A DNA stretch of 64,000 nucleotides. Origin: Enterobacter phage phiEap-3. This document shows, in pieces, positions 1-9,111 of the stretch; positions within the stretch are counted from its first letter, which is position 1; each line of letters opens with the position of its first letter. The position numbers and the translations under genes were made by a program. Location: sequence record KT321315.1; one strand, 5' to 3'. Under the pieces are notes generated by a model. It had not been told where the DNA came from, did no database searches, and saw only the letters and a program-made list of their open reading frames with translations.

Positions 1-195
1 TCATTTAGTGGTATGTTAACCCTGTTCAAGATCCTGTTTAGTCGCGGGGATCTGGATGAATTTGTGAAGACCAACTATCTGCTAAATAAAAACGGCCTGA
101 ACCTGGAACCTATCATGAATAGTAGCCCGATGGAAAGGCAAATTTATACTGCATTGCTTGCAGAAGACTTGAAAAAACAAGGTGCTGTTAAATGA
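1..195 (+). CDS. partial CDS (3' end); baseplate gene preceding gp26 (gp51-like by position only)
   Basis: Frame is open back to the window edge. Its stop overlaps the next start (ATGA at 192). Sits in the 51-26-25 synteny position. Confidence 0.3.
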   Translation, partial: SFSGMLTLFKILFSRGDLDEFVKTNYLLNKNGLNLEPIMNSSPMERQIYTALLAEDLKKQGAVK

Positions 196-746
196 GAAAG
201 CATGAATATAAACACGTTGAGAAATATAATGTTGATTATCGTCCTCTGACACATACAGAGTTTACCCCCGACGCAGATTTTATCAAAGGGGATGTTTACC
301 TGTATCAAAGAGAATATCTTTTCATTCTGGCACTTCTGGAAAGTAAAAATATTGATACCCGTCAACTGTTCATCAACTGTGAAGAATGTCAGGAAAGAAT
401 TGAATTCCAGCTTAAACGCAATCAAATAATGGTTGAAGATTTCGACGATAAGCTATACGGCAATGACGGGATCGCGTTATCTGTTCACCCTCGTAAGACT
501 GGTGATGAAGAGATCCCCGATCTTATCGATTACGTAATGATAGACGGCGAACAGATCATGTGGAGTGATTGCAGCGACAAAGATAAAGAAATGGTGTTGG
601 ATGCAATCGACTATGCAACCTATAAATCGATTTCTACCGCCCTGGATAAGCCAGCAGTGGTCGCAAACATTCCGGTAAGGTGTTCGTGTGGACACAGCCA
701 TATCGTCTCTCTGAGAGGCTTACAGCAATTTTTAAAGGTGGTCTAA
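192..746 (+). CDS. 26: baseplate hub subunit gp26-like (assigned by position upstream of gp25)
   Basis: 184 aa, translationally coupled to the flanking ORFs. Directly precedes a clear gp25 homolog, as in T4 (51-26-25). Confidence 0.5.
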   Translation: MRKHEYKHVEKYNVDYRPLTHTEFTPDADFIKGDVYLYQREYLFILALLESKNIDTRQLFINCEECQERIEFQLKRNQIMVEDFDDKLYGNDGIALSVHPRKTGDEEIPDLIDYVMIDGEQIMWSDCSDKDKEMVLDAIDYATYKSISTALDKPAVVANIPVRCSCGHSHIVSLRGLQQFLKVV

Positions 747-1139
747 ATGGGTGTAAATCTGAGGTTGCTATATAGCGATATAGAACCTAACATGCAACGA
801 GATTGGAATAATGACGTAGCGGCCTCAAAAGGGGCCGCAGCAGTGAGAAATAGTTTGATTGGTATCGTAACCACGATCAAAGGTACACGTCCGTTTGATA
901 GTAACTTTGGTTGCGCTATTAGTGATATGCTGTTTGAGAACATGAACCCTCTGACAGCGGAATCAATCAGAACGTCTATCGTATCTGCTATCCGGGCTTA
1001 TGAGCCGAGGGTATACAATCTTTCTGTTGAAGTCATTCCACAGTATGATGATAACTCAGTAACAGTAACTATCTATTACAGCATCATTGATGACCCGGAT
1101 GACGTAGAGCAAATCAAACTACAGCTTTCCGCATCATAA
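747..1139 (+). CDS. 25: baseplate wedge subunit gp25 (gpW/gp25 family)
   Basis: 130 aa. Matches T4 gp25 as I remember it along its length (LYSDI.P.M..DWN.DV, RPFD..FGC, LFENM.PLTA, DDPDD.EQIKLQL). Confidence 0.85.
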   Translation: MGVNLRLLYSDIEPNMQRDWNNDVAASKGAAAVRNSLIGIVTTIKGTRPFDSNFGCAISDMLFENMNPLTAESIRTSIVSAIRAYEPRVYNLSVEVIPQYDDNSVTVTIYYSIIDDPDDVEQIKLQLSAS

Positions 1140-1140
1140 C

Positions 1141-1176
1141 AAAAAGCCCCTTCCTTTCGGTTGGGGCTTTCTTTTA
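1141..1176. terminator. bidirectional rho-independent terminator (AAGCCCC-ttcctttcggtt-GGGGCTT), T-runs on both sides
   Basis: GC stem-loop between convergent gp25 (+) and the 1174..1629 ORF (-). A near-identical hairpin recurs at 39286..39316. Confidence 0.7.
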
Positions 1177-1629
1177 GAATTCAATGAATCCCATTAGTGT
1201 TTGATATCGCAATTCAAACGGGGAGATATAACTTTGCATCTGGTTTTGGTCGGATACGATGTAATAATACACCTCATCATTATCATCATATAGCGCTTCT
1301 TTGATGATGCAATAACGATCGGTTTCCACGTTCACATAAAGAGTATCCATGTACTTTGTAACTTTGGAACCCTGTGAACTGATTTCACGAATAGCGTTAT
1401 CTATGAAAAGCGACAATGCTTGCATGAAGTTATCAAACTCACCATATTCACAGCCCATAATAGAAATTGCAGTGTATTGGTGCCAGCCTTTGATTGTGTC
1501 TCCACGGCGGATCCATCCAATTTGTCTACCCCCGATAGATACACACCACACTTTACCAACTGGACTATAGAACCGCACAACTTCTTTTAATAACAGGGAC
1601 ATGATCCCACATTTTGTATAAGGATTCAT
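1174..1629 (-). CDS. hypothetical protein (151 aa)
   Basis: Long minus-strand ORF; first gene after the convergent terminator. Confidence 0.45.
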   Translation of the reverse strand: MNPYTKCGIMSLLLKEVVRFYSPVGKVWCVSIGGRQIGWIRRGDTIKGWHQYTAISIMGCEYGEFDNFMQALSLFIDNAIREISSQGSKVTKYMDTLYVNVETDRYCIIKEALYDDNDEVYYYIVSDQNQMQSYISPFELRYQTLMGFIEF

Positions 1630-1636
1630 TTCAACC

Positions 1637-1861
1637 TCATTTCATATCAAGTAGCCAGGAAGGGCTAGTTTCAAGCGAAATCGCAGTATATTCGTATTTT
1701 ACAGTATAACCTTTGAAACCGAAAGGAATGATTGCATTTTCATTGAGATATTTTACTTTATGCTTTGCTTCTTCTTCATTCAGAGCAGCACAGACTGTTG
1801 TTTGTTCAACGTTACCAGCAGGAGAAGTAAATTTTTCAATGATGATGTATACGCAGTTCAT
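1637..1861 (-). CDS. hypothetical protein (74 aa)
   Basis: ORF in the tightly packed minus-strand array. Confidence 0.4.
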   Translation of the reverse strand: MNCVYIIIEKFTSPAGNVEQTTVCAALNEEEAKHKVKYLNENAIIPFGFKGYTVKYEYTAISLETSPSWLLDMK

Positions 1862-1870
1862 ATCGTTTCC

Positions 1871-2167
1871 TTATTTCAGTTTCTTTCCGGTTTTGAGTTC
1901 ATATTCTAACTCACGAACTTTGATTCGTAAAGTCATTAAACATACCTGGTTCTGACTGTAAAGGTACTGGGTGATAACTTTGGTTTTCAACTTCTCATCG
2001 ACTTTGGAATCTTTGAGCCAATCAGACATCATCTGATACGTTGGGAGGTGTTCGCACTTCTCATCGTCTGACATCGCATCATACGTTGCTTTGTCCATCG
2101 GAGGCGGTTCCTCGAACGCGAGAGCGGGGGTTGCGAGAAGACTAAGTGCAAGTAGTAGATATTTCAT
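1871..2167 (-). CDS. secreted/periplasmic hypothetical protein (signal peptide MKYLLLALSLLATPALA)
   Basis: The ORF-track start at 2242 reads through a PeSL-like hairpin. The internal ATG at 2167 has an RBS (gaggaa) and a typical signal peptide. Confidence 0.5.
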   Translation of the reverse strand: MKYLLLALSLLATPALAFEEPPPMDKATYDAMSDDEKCEHLPTYQMMSDWLKDSKVDEKLKTKVITQYLYSQNQVCLMTLRIKVRELEYELKTGKKLK

Positions 2168-2240
2168 AATGTATTCCTCATTGTTTTCGATAGAACCAAT
2201 ATAGCAAAAAGCCCCGACCGAAGTCAAGGGCTTTTTCATC
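2165..2240 (-). repeat. PeSL-like cassette: terminator hairpin + extended -10 (TGCTATATT) + conserved leader (tcgaaaacaatgaggaa) + ATG
   Basis: Hairpin aagccccgaccgaagtcaagggctt, then ttttGCTATATTgg on the minus strand. The same architecture recurs at 12093, 18493, 29220, 30915 and 35336. Confidence 0.6.
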
Positions 2241-2523
2241 AATGCAAGAAAGATTTCACGTACTGTTCGATCTTTTCACGACATGTATCAACTGAGGTAC
2301 TTTCCGCAATTACGGCATGACATAACGCCTCACCGCCGACCCAGAAACTCATCATGTACTGAATATCACGACCTTCCATTTCTTTTTGATGCGCTTTGAT
2401 TCGATCGAAAGCGTTTTCGATTGTTTCAGTAGCAGTAAGCATTTCGGATTCCCCGTCAACCTCCGCCAGTTCCCCATCGATCATTTCGCTTTCGACTTCT
2501 TCCCAGTATACTATCGTTATCAT
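2239..2523 (-). CDS. hypothetical acidic protein (94 aa)
   Basis: ORF in the minus-strand array. Confidence 0.4.
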   Translation of the reverse strand: MITIVYWEEVESEMIDGELAEVDGESEMLTATETIENAFDRIKAHQKEMEGRDIQYMMSFWVGGEALCHAVIAESTSVDTCREKIEQYVKSFLH

Positions 2524-2538
2524 GCATTACCCCAGTGG

Positions 2539-3009
2539 TTAACCGTCGTAATCCCCGCCACAATTCACATCACCTTCAATGAACAGTTCGCGGTTATCAC
2601 GTAATAAATTATACTTTCTTTCGAGTTCAGGCCCGAACGCGTCGGCGTCGTCATACCAGGAATAGTTATAACATCCGGCTTCATCGTCATAATCTGGTTC
2701 ATCGCCGCGTTCATTGAAGTGAACAATTTTGATATCGTCCATCCCCAGTTCTTTCAACTTATCCCAGATATACGAAATCTCAACGCTATGGGAACCGAAC
2801 GCTTCCAGTGAGATCGTACCGTCGCTATCGACTTGAGGAACACCCCATTTCGAACGAGTATCATCGGTGATCATATCTATTAATGACTCAATATTATTCT
2901 CACCGTAGATATCAGCAACTTCCTTTTCTTTACCAGGACGAACCAGCCCGATCCCGATAATAAAGCTACTGCTTGAGCTATTGCTCACAAACCCAGAACG
3001 AATTTTCAT
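2539..3009 (-). CDS. hypothetical protein, paralog A of the MKIRSGFVSNSSSSSF N-terminal family (156 aa)
   Basis: Its first 17 codons are nearly identical at nucleotide level to ORF 6392..6907. The remainder is unrelated and acidic. Confidence 0.5.
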   Translation of the reverse strand: MKIRSGFVSNSSSSSFIIGIGLVRPGKEKEVADIYGENNIESLIDMITDDTRSKWGVPQVDSDGTISLEAFGSHSVEISYIWDKLKELGMDDIKIVHFNERGDEPDYDDEAGCYNYSWYDDADAFGPELERKYNLLRDNRELFIEGDVNCGGDYDG

Positions 3010-3160
3010 CGCATCACCATATTACCAATCATGAATAGAGGGATTAACGCGAAGACGATACCCCATAGAATGACCTTATCTTCACGACGGTCGCACCCAT
3101 GATAGATAACACCTCCAGCGAAAACCAATACGACAACTGAAACGAACGCGAATAAAGAAA

Positions 3161-3811
3161 TCATTTGCGGGTATCCATTCTCATAGAAACTTCTTTCAGG
3201 ATCTTATTCAGATCGTGAAGCGCATCTTTTACGTTACCTTCATTATAGGTAAGCATATCCTGGTAAAGCCCTTTCAAGCAACGATTGATAACATATGCTT
3301 TTTCAGAAGGTAACATTGTACCAGAACGATTGTAATCTCTGAAAATGTCCATCATCGTGCCGTTGTTGCCAGATAATGACGGGTTGAAGTTAACCATACC
3401 GGACATCAAACTATCAATATACACAACGGTTGTGTTATCAGAACGATACGCGCCACCAACTTTAAACCAGTTGCTGAACACATACGGAGATTCCCGCACT
3501 TCGCTCAAATCGGTTCCGATTTCATCGATGTTTACACGAATGTTGTTAAAATACACCGATTCATCAATAGAACCAGGACGCCATACGATAGCACCGTTGT
3601 TATTTTTGAATCCGACTACATCAACCTGCCAGCCGTTATCTGTTAACCGGACATCATCAACGACGATGAAATCAGGTAGCTGTGAATGAAAGCCGATGTT
3701 TTCAGGACGGGAATTACGAAACCCATCACGATTGGAGAAATAAAGGATGTCACCTTGATTCAGTTCGCATATATTCATAAGATTTTTAAAGTCCAATTCA
3801 AGTAATTCCAC
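3161..3811 (-). CDS. hypothetical protein (216 aa) immediately downstream of the VWA gene
   Basis: Long ORF; its true start may be an internal Met (MNICELN...). Confidence 0.45.
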   Translation of the reverse strand: MELLELDFKNLMNICELNQGDILYFSNRDGFRNSRPENIGFHSQLPDFIVVDDVRLTDNGWQVDVVGFKNNNGAIVWRPGSIDESVYFNNIRVNIDEIGTDLSEVRESPYVFSNWFKVGGAYRSDNTTVVYIDSLMSGMVNFNPSLSGNNGTMMDIFRDYNRSGTMLPSEKAYVINRCLKGLYQDMLTYNEGNVKDALHDLNKILKEVSMRMDTRK

Positions 3812-3847
3812 AAGTCACCTCAAAGCCCCCTTTCGGGGGCAAATTCA

Positions 3848-6064
3848 TTAGAGTTTGACTTCTTTTTCTTCCAGAACGATTGTGCAATCAAATTTCACAT
3901 CTTTCCAGAATTCCGCTGCAACGATATCTGTTGCGGTAACGCTTACGCTGGTTTCTTCGAAATCCAGATCCGCAAACCATGCGTGTCCGACTACAATACC
4001 GTACATTACACGACTCAGGCGATTATTAAGGGCGCGAACCTCTTTAATAGTTTCCTTTGTCTGCTTATCAAGATACTCGATCAGGTCATTCTTGTCAAGC
4101 GCTTCGATCTCTTTAGATACGGTATCGTAAGCCCACAGAATGATCAGGTCACCATTGTTGAGTTTCTTTTTACCTTCGGCGCGTTTTGCAACGGTAGCAG
4201 CAACAGCCGGAAGTGATGAAACGCCTTTGATCTTCACGTTCAGTTCTTTCGACATGTAAACATCAGTCGATTCTGTGCGCTCAACCTTCGGAGAGAAGCC
4301 GTAATCACGGATCCCTTGCTCAGACAACCATTCACCAGCCGCCTCGCCAAAACGCTGTTTAAGCCCTTCTGCGTTGCGTAAACCAATCGCGTTATCACGG
4401 AAGAACTTCATTACTTTCTGACGGCCTTTCAGGATTTCCAGACGGACGTTATCAGCAACAAATTCCTTACCAGAAATACCGCGAGTCATCGAACGGTTAA
4501 CCAGAGGCAGAGAGGTAAAGTCAACCAGTACGGACATACGGTCTTCACCAATTTTAGCCAGCGGTTTGATAGTCAGACCAGAAGCACGTAAGTTTTTCAG
4601 AGTCGGAATATCGGTTTCCAGCGGAAGTACCTTAACGTTCACGATACCATCTTTAACAATGGTAAAGTTACGCACTTGTTTGGTTTCTACTTTTTCCGGC
4701 AATCCAAACTCTTTTTGTTTGCTTTCCGGAATAGTTACGTAACCTTGCAGATCCGTATTGATGGAAATGTTCGGACGGGAACTGTTACCCACCAGGTGTT
4801 TCACTGCAACTTTCGTTGTGGTTTGGGTAAATTCCGGTTTCCATACTTCGTGCGCTACCAGTTGAGCCGCCAGTGCTTTTCGTTCTTCCGGAGTAGAAGC
4901 ATTTGCAATCTGTTCTGACAGTTTATCCAGTGTATCATCATCTTTCTGGACAGTCTGACGGCCTGTACGATTGTACGCCCAGTGTTCAGAAGACAGGTCG
5001 ATCACTGTGTCGGTTTCTGCCAGCAGTTCGAGAGCATCAACCAGAGTAAACGCGTTTTCATCAGGAACCATGTTGTAATCAACACCATCCATCAGACGTT
5101 TAGCCGGATCAACAACCGCTTCGGAGATCATATCTTTAGCGTTTGAATAATCCTGTTTGGTAAAGCAGTTATCGTATGCTTTAATCAGACGCACATCACC
5201 CAGCTTTTTCAGAACTTTCCATGCCAGATCTGGATTCATGGTATGAAGCGCATGATACAGAACCACATACAGAACCTGTTCACCTTCTGCTGTTGCCGGA
5301 TCGAAGCCGTCAACGTCATTGATCGCGTTTTCACCCAGCGCCCAAATGTTTTTGATATGTTCCGGAACCAGAACAACACCATTTGCAGCATTCAGGACGT
5401 ACACACGGCCTTCATCCAGGTAGATCGCATGGGTTGCATCGCCAACTTTGACTTCAACACGTGCTGAGGTTTGCGCGGTAATGATTTCATCAAATGCAGG
5501 TACATACGCATCAAACCCTTCAACGAATTTGTGTAATGCGTTGGTTGCTTCCGCCATTTTTTCCAGCAGAGGACGGTTTACATAATAACCATATTCCAGG
5601 AAAGCAATGTTGTTAAACGTCAACGGCAGAGTAGAACACGCTTTCAGGATATCATCAGTACGCCAGCAGTTATCATAACCATCAGTCAGGAAGATCAGAC
5701 TGTTCAGATTGCCATTATCCGCTTGCAGATCGGTAGCGACTTCAACCGCCAGTTGCAGAGGTTCAACGAAGCCAGTACATCCGGTCGGACGCAGATAACG
5801 ATCGATAGCATCATTGATTTTGCTCAGGTCGGATACAGAGCTAACCTTTTCGCCCACGAATACAGAACCGAACTGACCACGGCTGGAGAAATACAGAATA
5901 GATACGGTATCATCCTGTTTAACCAGCGTTGCCAGGTTGTTTTTCAGGTGCTGACGAATGCGCGGGAGTTCGTTATACATCGATCCGGATACGTCACAAA
6001 CAAAAACGTGGTTAGTCGGGGTTGGTTTGGCTACGGCGTTTTTGAATTCAATGTTAGTGATCAT
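3848..6064 (-). CDS. von Willebrand factor A (VWA) domain protein, 738 aa
   Basis: N-terminal MIDAS motif (VFVCDVSGSM ... T ... FLTDGYDN), typical of a vWA fold. The C-terminal ~550 aa has no motif I recognise. Confidence 0.75.
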   Translation of the reverse strand: MITNIEFKNAVAKPTPTNHVFVCDVSGSMYNELPRIRQHLKNNLATLVKQDDTVSILYFSSRGQFGSVFVGEKVSSVSDLSKINDAIDRYLRPTGCTGFVEPLQLAVEVATDLQADNGNLNSLIFLTDGYDNCWRTDDILKACSTLPLTFNNIAFLEYGYYVNRPLLEKMAEATNALHKFVEGFDAYVPAFDEIITAQTSARVEVKVGDATHAIYLDEGRVYVLNAANGVVLVPEHIKNIWALGENAINDVDGFDPATAEGEQVLYVVLYHALHTMNPDLAWKVLKKLGDVRLIKAYDNCFTKQDYSNAKDMISEAVVDPAKRLMDGVDYNMVPDENAFTLVDALELLAETDTVIDLSSEHWAYNRTGRQTVQKDDDTLDKLSEQIANASTPEERKALAAQLVAHEVWKPEFTQTTTKVAVKHLVGNSSRPNISINTDLQGYVTIPESKQKEFGLPEKVETKQVRNFTIVKDGIVNVKVLPLETDIPTLKNLRASGLTIKPLAKIGEDRMSVLVDFTSLPLVNRSMTRGISGKEFVADNVRLEILKGRQKVMKFFRDNAIGLRNAEGLKQRFGEAAGEWLSEQGIRDYGFSPKVERTESTDVYMSKELNVKIKGVSSLPAVAATVAKRAEGKKKLNNGDLIILWAYDTVSKEIEALDKNDLIEYLDKQTKETIKEVRALNNRLSRVMYGIVVGHAWFADLDFEETSVSVTATDIVAAEFWKDVKFDCTIVLEEKEVKL

Positions 6065-6071
6065 AATTTTC

Positions 6072-6392
6072 TCATTTATAGGTAAATTTGATTAAAATTT
6101 CGTTTACTTTTTTGCTAATAATATCTAATGCATCATCGCATCCAAACTTACTACTCAACAATGAAACAAAATCATCCATCGTTGTTGTTTGAGACTCGCC
6201 AACGTCAAAAGACAGAGCGTAGGCAACAGGATTTTTAATCCTTACGATTTGAATAGTATACTCATTCAGGTCAAACCGTTCAAGATATTTTCGCAAAGAA
6301 AATAAATCAATCGGTACTGGTAGAGTTTGACTAAACGTTATTTCTTCCCCCAGTTGATAGGGGGGCATTTTTACACAGATTTCGTATTCCAT
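6072..6392 (-). CDS. hypothetical protein (106 aa)
   Basis: ORF; its stop overlaps the start of the upstream gene (6392). Confidence 0.4.
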   Translation of the reverse strand: MEYEICVKMPPYQLGEEITFSQTLPVPIDLFSLRKYLERFDLNEYTIQIVRIKNPVAYALSFDVGESQTTTMDDFVSLLSSKFGCDDALDIISKKVNEILIKFTYK

Positions 6393-6907
6393 CAGTGATG
6401 ACTCGTCATAGTGTGTTCCAGGTTACGGAAAATTTGCCCGTGTTCAAGCTGGGATTGAAATTCTCCGCATTCATCAGAGTAAGTAAATTCATAAATGAAT
6501 ACACCGTTCTGATTGCCAAATTTAGCGTTGTACTCTTCATACAGCCACATCTTGATCAGAGCGTCTTTCTCTTCTGTTTCCAGATCATACCAGTCACGCC
6601 CATCATAAGCAAGTGCAATTTGAGGATTAGACCGATATCGAGTTTCGGCGTTATCTTCGGTTTCCCATTCATAACGCTTATCATCATAGTATGATTCGAA
6701 ACCATCACCCATATGACCGCCCAGGTCGCGGTGTACTTGCTGTACAACTTCTTCCGCTGTCGGGCAAGTCATCCAGCTATAACCACAGTTAGGAACACAA
6801 TCACCCATCATTTCGCGGAGATTGTTGATATCAGTCGGATCCTTCGGGAACCGTACAATAAAGCTACTTGATGAACTATTGCTCACAAAACCAGAACGGA
6901 TTTTCAT
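6392..6907 (-). CDS. hypothetical protein, paralog B of the MKIRSGFVSNSSSSSF N-terminal family (171 aa)
   Basis: Shares an N-terminal 16-17 aa (about 46 of 50 nt identical) with ORF 2539..3009. Good RBS (gaggaaatcaaATG). Confidence 0.5.
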   Translation of the reverse strand: MKIRSGFVSNSSSSSFIVRFPKDPTDINNLREMMGDCVPNCGYSWMTCPTAEEVVQQVHRDLGGHMGDGFESYYDDKRYEWETEDNAETRYRSNPQIALAYDGRDWYDLETEEKDALIKMWLYEEYNAKFGNQNGVFIYEFTYSDECGEFQSQLEHGQIFRNLEHTMTSHH

Positions 6908-7146
6908 TTGATTTCCTCAAATTCAAAAGCGGTGAAATGTTTTCTTTCGTCATACCCAACAGTACAACGATGCGTTTGCTTTCCGGTAAACCCGTCAAAC
7001 ACAGTTACACAATAGTAATGCAACGACGGAAGCGGTGTATGTTTAATGTATTTGATCGCGACGTTCAGGTCAACAGTAGAACATACACAATCAGACGTTT
7101 GCTCAAAACGGTCATCAAAAATCAACTCAATACTATAGATGTTCAT
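6904..7146 (-). CDS. hypothetical protein (about 80 aa from internal Met MNIYSIEL)
   Basis: The ORF track starts at 7212 but overlaps the upstream gene. The internal ATG at 7146 gives an ATGA junction. Confidence 0.35.
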   Translation of the reverse strand: MNIYSIELIFDDRFEQTSDCVCSTVDLNVAIKYIKHTPLPSLHYYCVTVFDGFTGKQTHRCTVGYDERKHFTAFEFEEIK

Positions 7147-7382
7147 GATTTTCCCTTTGTTTCTGATTTCAGGACGATATTGCTGTAAGGATCTTTTGCT
7201 ACCAGTTCCCACAGATCGCCGGGATGTTCCCCGCTACGATATACGGATGAACGAACGATTTCGTTAAACTTGCTTAGGGCTTCGTCGATATCGTCATACC
7301 CACGTTTGAGGGGCTTACGATTGTGACGAATGAAAAACATTTCTTTGGTTTTCTCCCAACGTTCAGCATTTTTAACCTTCAT
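7143..7382 (-). CDS. hypothetical protein (79 aa)
   Basis: ORF, translationally coupled. Confidence 0.4.
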   Translation of the reverse strand: MKVKNAERWEKTKEMFFIRHNRKPLKRGYDDIDEALSKFNEIVRSSVYRSGEHPGDLWELVAKDPYSNIVLKSETKGKS

Positions 7383-7656
7383 CTTTCACTTCCTTCATGT
7401 TTTTCATAACTTCTTCAAAAGTTACGGGAATTTCGTTGTACTGTTGAGATTCATCATCCCATACATCGCGATGCCCGAATGTTGAACTTTTTGCAATGAG
7501 TTTTTCATTTTCCCATACATCAATAGTAACATGATCACCAAGATAAGGGAAATTAGGAACTTTATTCAGCGCATCAACGCAGTTTTGCAATGATTCAGAA
7601 ACATGGGCAATTTCAGTGAATTCATAATCAGCACTATAAGAAGCTACGTAAATCAT
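7372..7656 (-). CDS. hypothetical protein (about 94 aa)
   Basis: ORF. The track start at 7662 is a GTG; an ATG at 7656 is more likely. Confidence 0.4.
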   Translation of the reverse strand: MIYVASYSADYEFTEIAHVSESLQNCVDALNKVPNFPYLGDHVTIDVWENEKLIAKSSTFGHRDVWDDESQQYNEIPVTFEEVMKNMKEVKDEG

Positions 7657-7823
7657 CACCACCCCCTAACGATGCTAACCAGCAGTAAACCCAGGATCCA
7701 GAACACAGCAACCGCACAAATACGGGCCATTACTACATTTCCGCGACTAGTCCACTCCGCACTAAGAAACAAGAGGACAAACGTTAACGCGTATAAAACC
7801 ATTTCAATAACTTCGGTAATCAT
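7656..7823 (-). CDS. small hydrophobic membrane protein (55 aa, two predicted TM helices)
   Basis: Not in the ORF track (under 60 aa). The hand translation, MITEVIEMVLYALTFVLLFLSAEW...FWILGLLLVSIVRGW, follows a terminator and an RBS (gaggtttatATG). Confidence 0.3.
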   Translation of the reverse strand: MITEVIEMVLYALTFVLLFLSAEWTSRGNVVMARICAVAVFWILGLLLVSIVRGW

Positions 7824-7838
7824 ATAAACCTCACGAAA

Positions 7839-7860
7839 AAGCCCCTTTCGGGGCTTGATT
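7839..7860 (-). terminator. rho-independent terminator (agcccctttcggggct + T-run on the minus strand)
   Basis: GC hairpin immediately after the stop of 7863..8141, followed by TTTTT on the minus strand. Confidence 0.6.
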
Positions 7861-7862
7861 AA

Positions 7863-8141
7863 TCAATGTCCGAACACACCACGAATAGACTCTGCGAATG
7901 CATACAGTTCAGGATTTTTAGCTTTCACTGTTTCGATTTGCTCCAGAATGTAATCTGGTTTGTATTTCGCACCGAACCAGCAGTAAGAGAAAGAGCGATC
8001 CCACATGAACACGTTATAGTATTCACCGTTGCGAACTTCAACCATCACATAACCAGGATTAGAACCCAGCGGATAATCTTTCAGAAGATTGAATTTCGCG
8101 CCAGCACCAGTACATCCGTTAAACAGGTCATTAAAAGTCAT
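7863..8141 (-). CDS. hypothetical protein (92 aa)
   Basis: ORF with a leader resembling the conserved cgaaacgaaac leader motif. Confidence 0.45.
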   Translation of the reverse strand: MTFNDLFNGCTGAGAKFNLLKDYPLGSNPGYVMVEVRNGEYYNVFMWDRSFSYCWFGAKYKPDYILEQIETVKAKNPELYAFAESIRGVFGH

Positions 8142-8199
8142 GGTATGTTCCTTTTGTCAGTTTCGTTTCAACAAGGTCACTATACTATTCTTCTTTAGC

Positions 8200-9111
8200 C
8201 TATGCAAGCGCTTTTTTGATTTGTTTTGCAATTGCTTCGATCACCGGAACAGATACAGAGTTACCCGCTTGTTTGTACGCCTGTGTTTTGCTCTTATGCA
8301 TCTTGAATGAATCCGGAAATCCTTGCAACCGGAAACACTCGCGAGGTGATAACATTCGAGGGTTCTTACCTTCCTGCAATACCAGACATTGAACACCATC
8401 CTTATAGTATTGGGCTGTTATCGTCCCAGTACACACAGAATCAACTGTAACGGCCTGATAGCCAAACCCCTTACCGTTTGCCTTGTTTCGTTCTTTACGC
8501 TCTCTAAAGCCCTTCCAGGCACGATCTGATATGGTGTATTGATCATTATCCGGTTCGAGAATGTCGCCTACCCTTGTTGGGGTACGTGGAGGAATAGGAA
8601 AACTAAAGAACACCGGATCGCGAAAGCAGACAATAAACACACGCTCTCTTCGTTGAGGCAATCCAAAATCTTTTGTATTCATTACCTGATAATGGATATC
8701 GTATCCTTCGTCCTGTAACAGCCTGTAGATGGTTTTAAACGTGTTTCCCTTGTCATGAGTTAATAGCTGGGGAACATTCTCAAAGAACAGCACAGAGGGC
8801 TTTTTAGCCCGTATAATGCGGAGTATTTCAAAGATGATAGTACCGCGAGGATCTAACATGCCCTGTTTTAACCCTGCTTTACTAAACGCCTGACAAGGAA
8901 ACCCCGCCAACAGGATATCGTGATCAGGCACATCGTTTTCATCAATGGCGAATATATCACCCTGAATATTTTCATCGCCCCAGTTATCAGCATATGTTTG
9001 TTGTGCATGTTTATCGATTTCAGACGTTAAAAGGCATTCGACCCCGCCGAATGCCTTATCGAAACCGAGCCTCACGCCACCAACACCAGCGCAAAGGTCA
9101 ATTATTTTCAT
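8200..9111 (-). CDS. DNA (cytosine-5)-methyltransferase
   Basis: Canonical m5C MTase motifs: motif I DLCAGVGG, motif IV GFPCQAFS (catalytic PC), motif VI ENVPQLL, motif VIII QRRERVF, and a C-terminal GNSVSVPV. Confidence 0.9.
   Translation of the reverse strand: MKIIDLCAGVGGVRLGFDKAFGGVECLLTSEIDKHAQQTYADNWGDENIQGDIFAIDENDVPDHDILLAGFPCQAFSKAGLKQGMLDPRGTIIFEILRIIRAKKPSVLFFENVPQLLTHDKGNTFKTIYRLLQDEGYDIHYQVMNTKDFGLPQRRERVFIVCFRDPVFFSFPIPPRTPTRVGDILEPDNDQYTISDRAWKGFRERKERNKANGKGFGYQAVTVDSVCTGTITAQYYKDGVQCLVLQEGKNPRMLSPRECFRLQGFPDSFKMHKSKTQAYKQAGNSVSVPVIEAIAKQIKKALA

Noticed and set aside
2168-2242. N-terminal extensions of ORFs 1871..2242, 28887..29294, 30714..30971 and 35195..35434, giving a shared G[FL]CYI..IETKQ peptide
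   Set aside because: The shared peptide is the translation of the repeated PeSL hairpin and promoter. The real starts are internal ATGs after the leader. Not a conserved protein domain.
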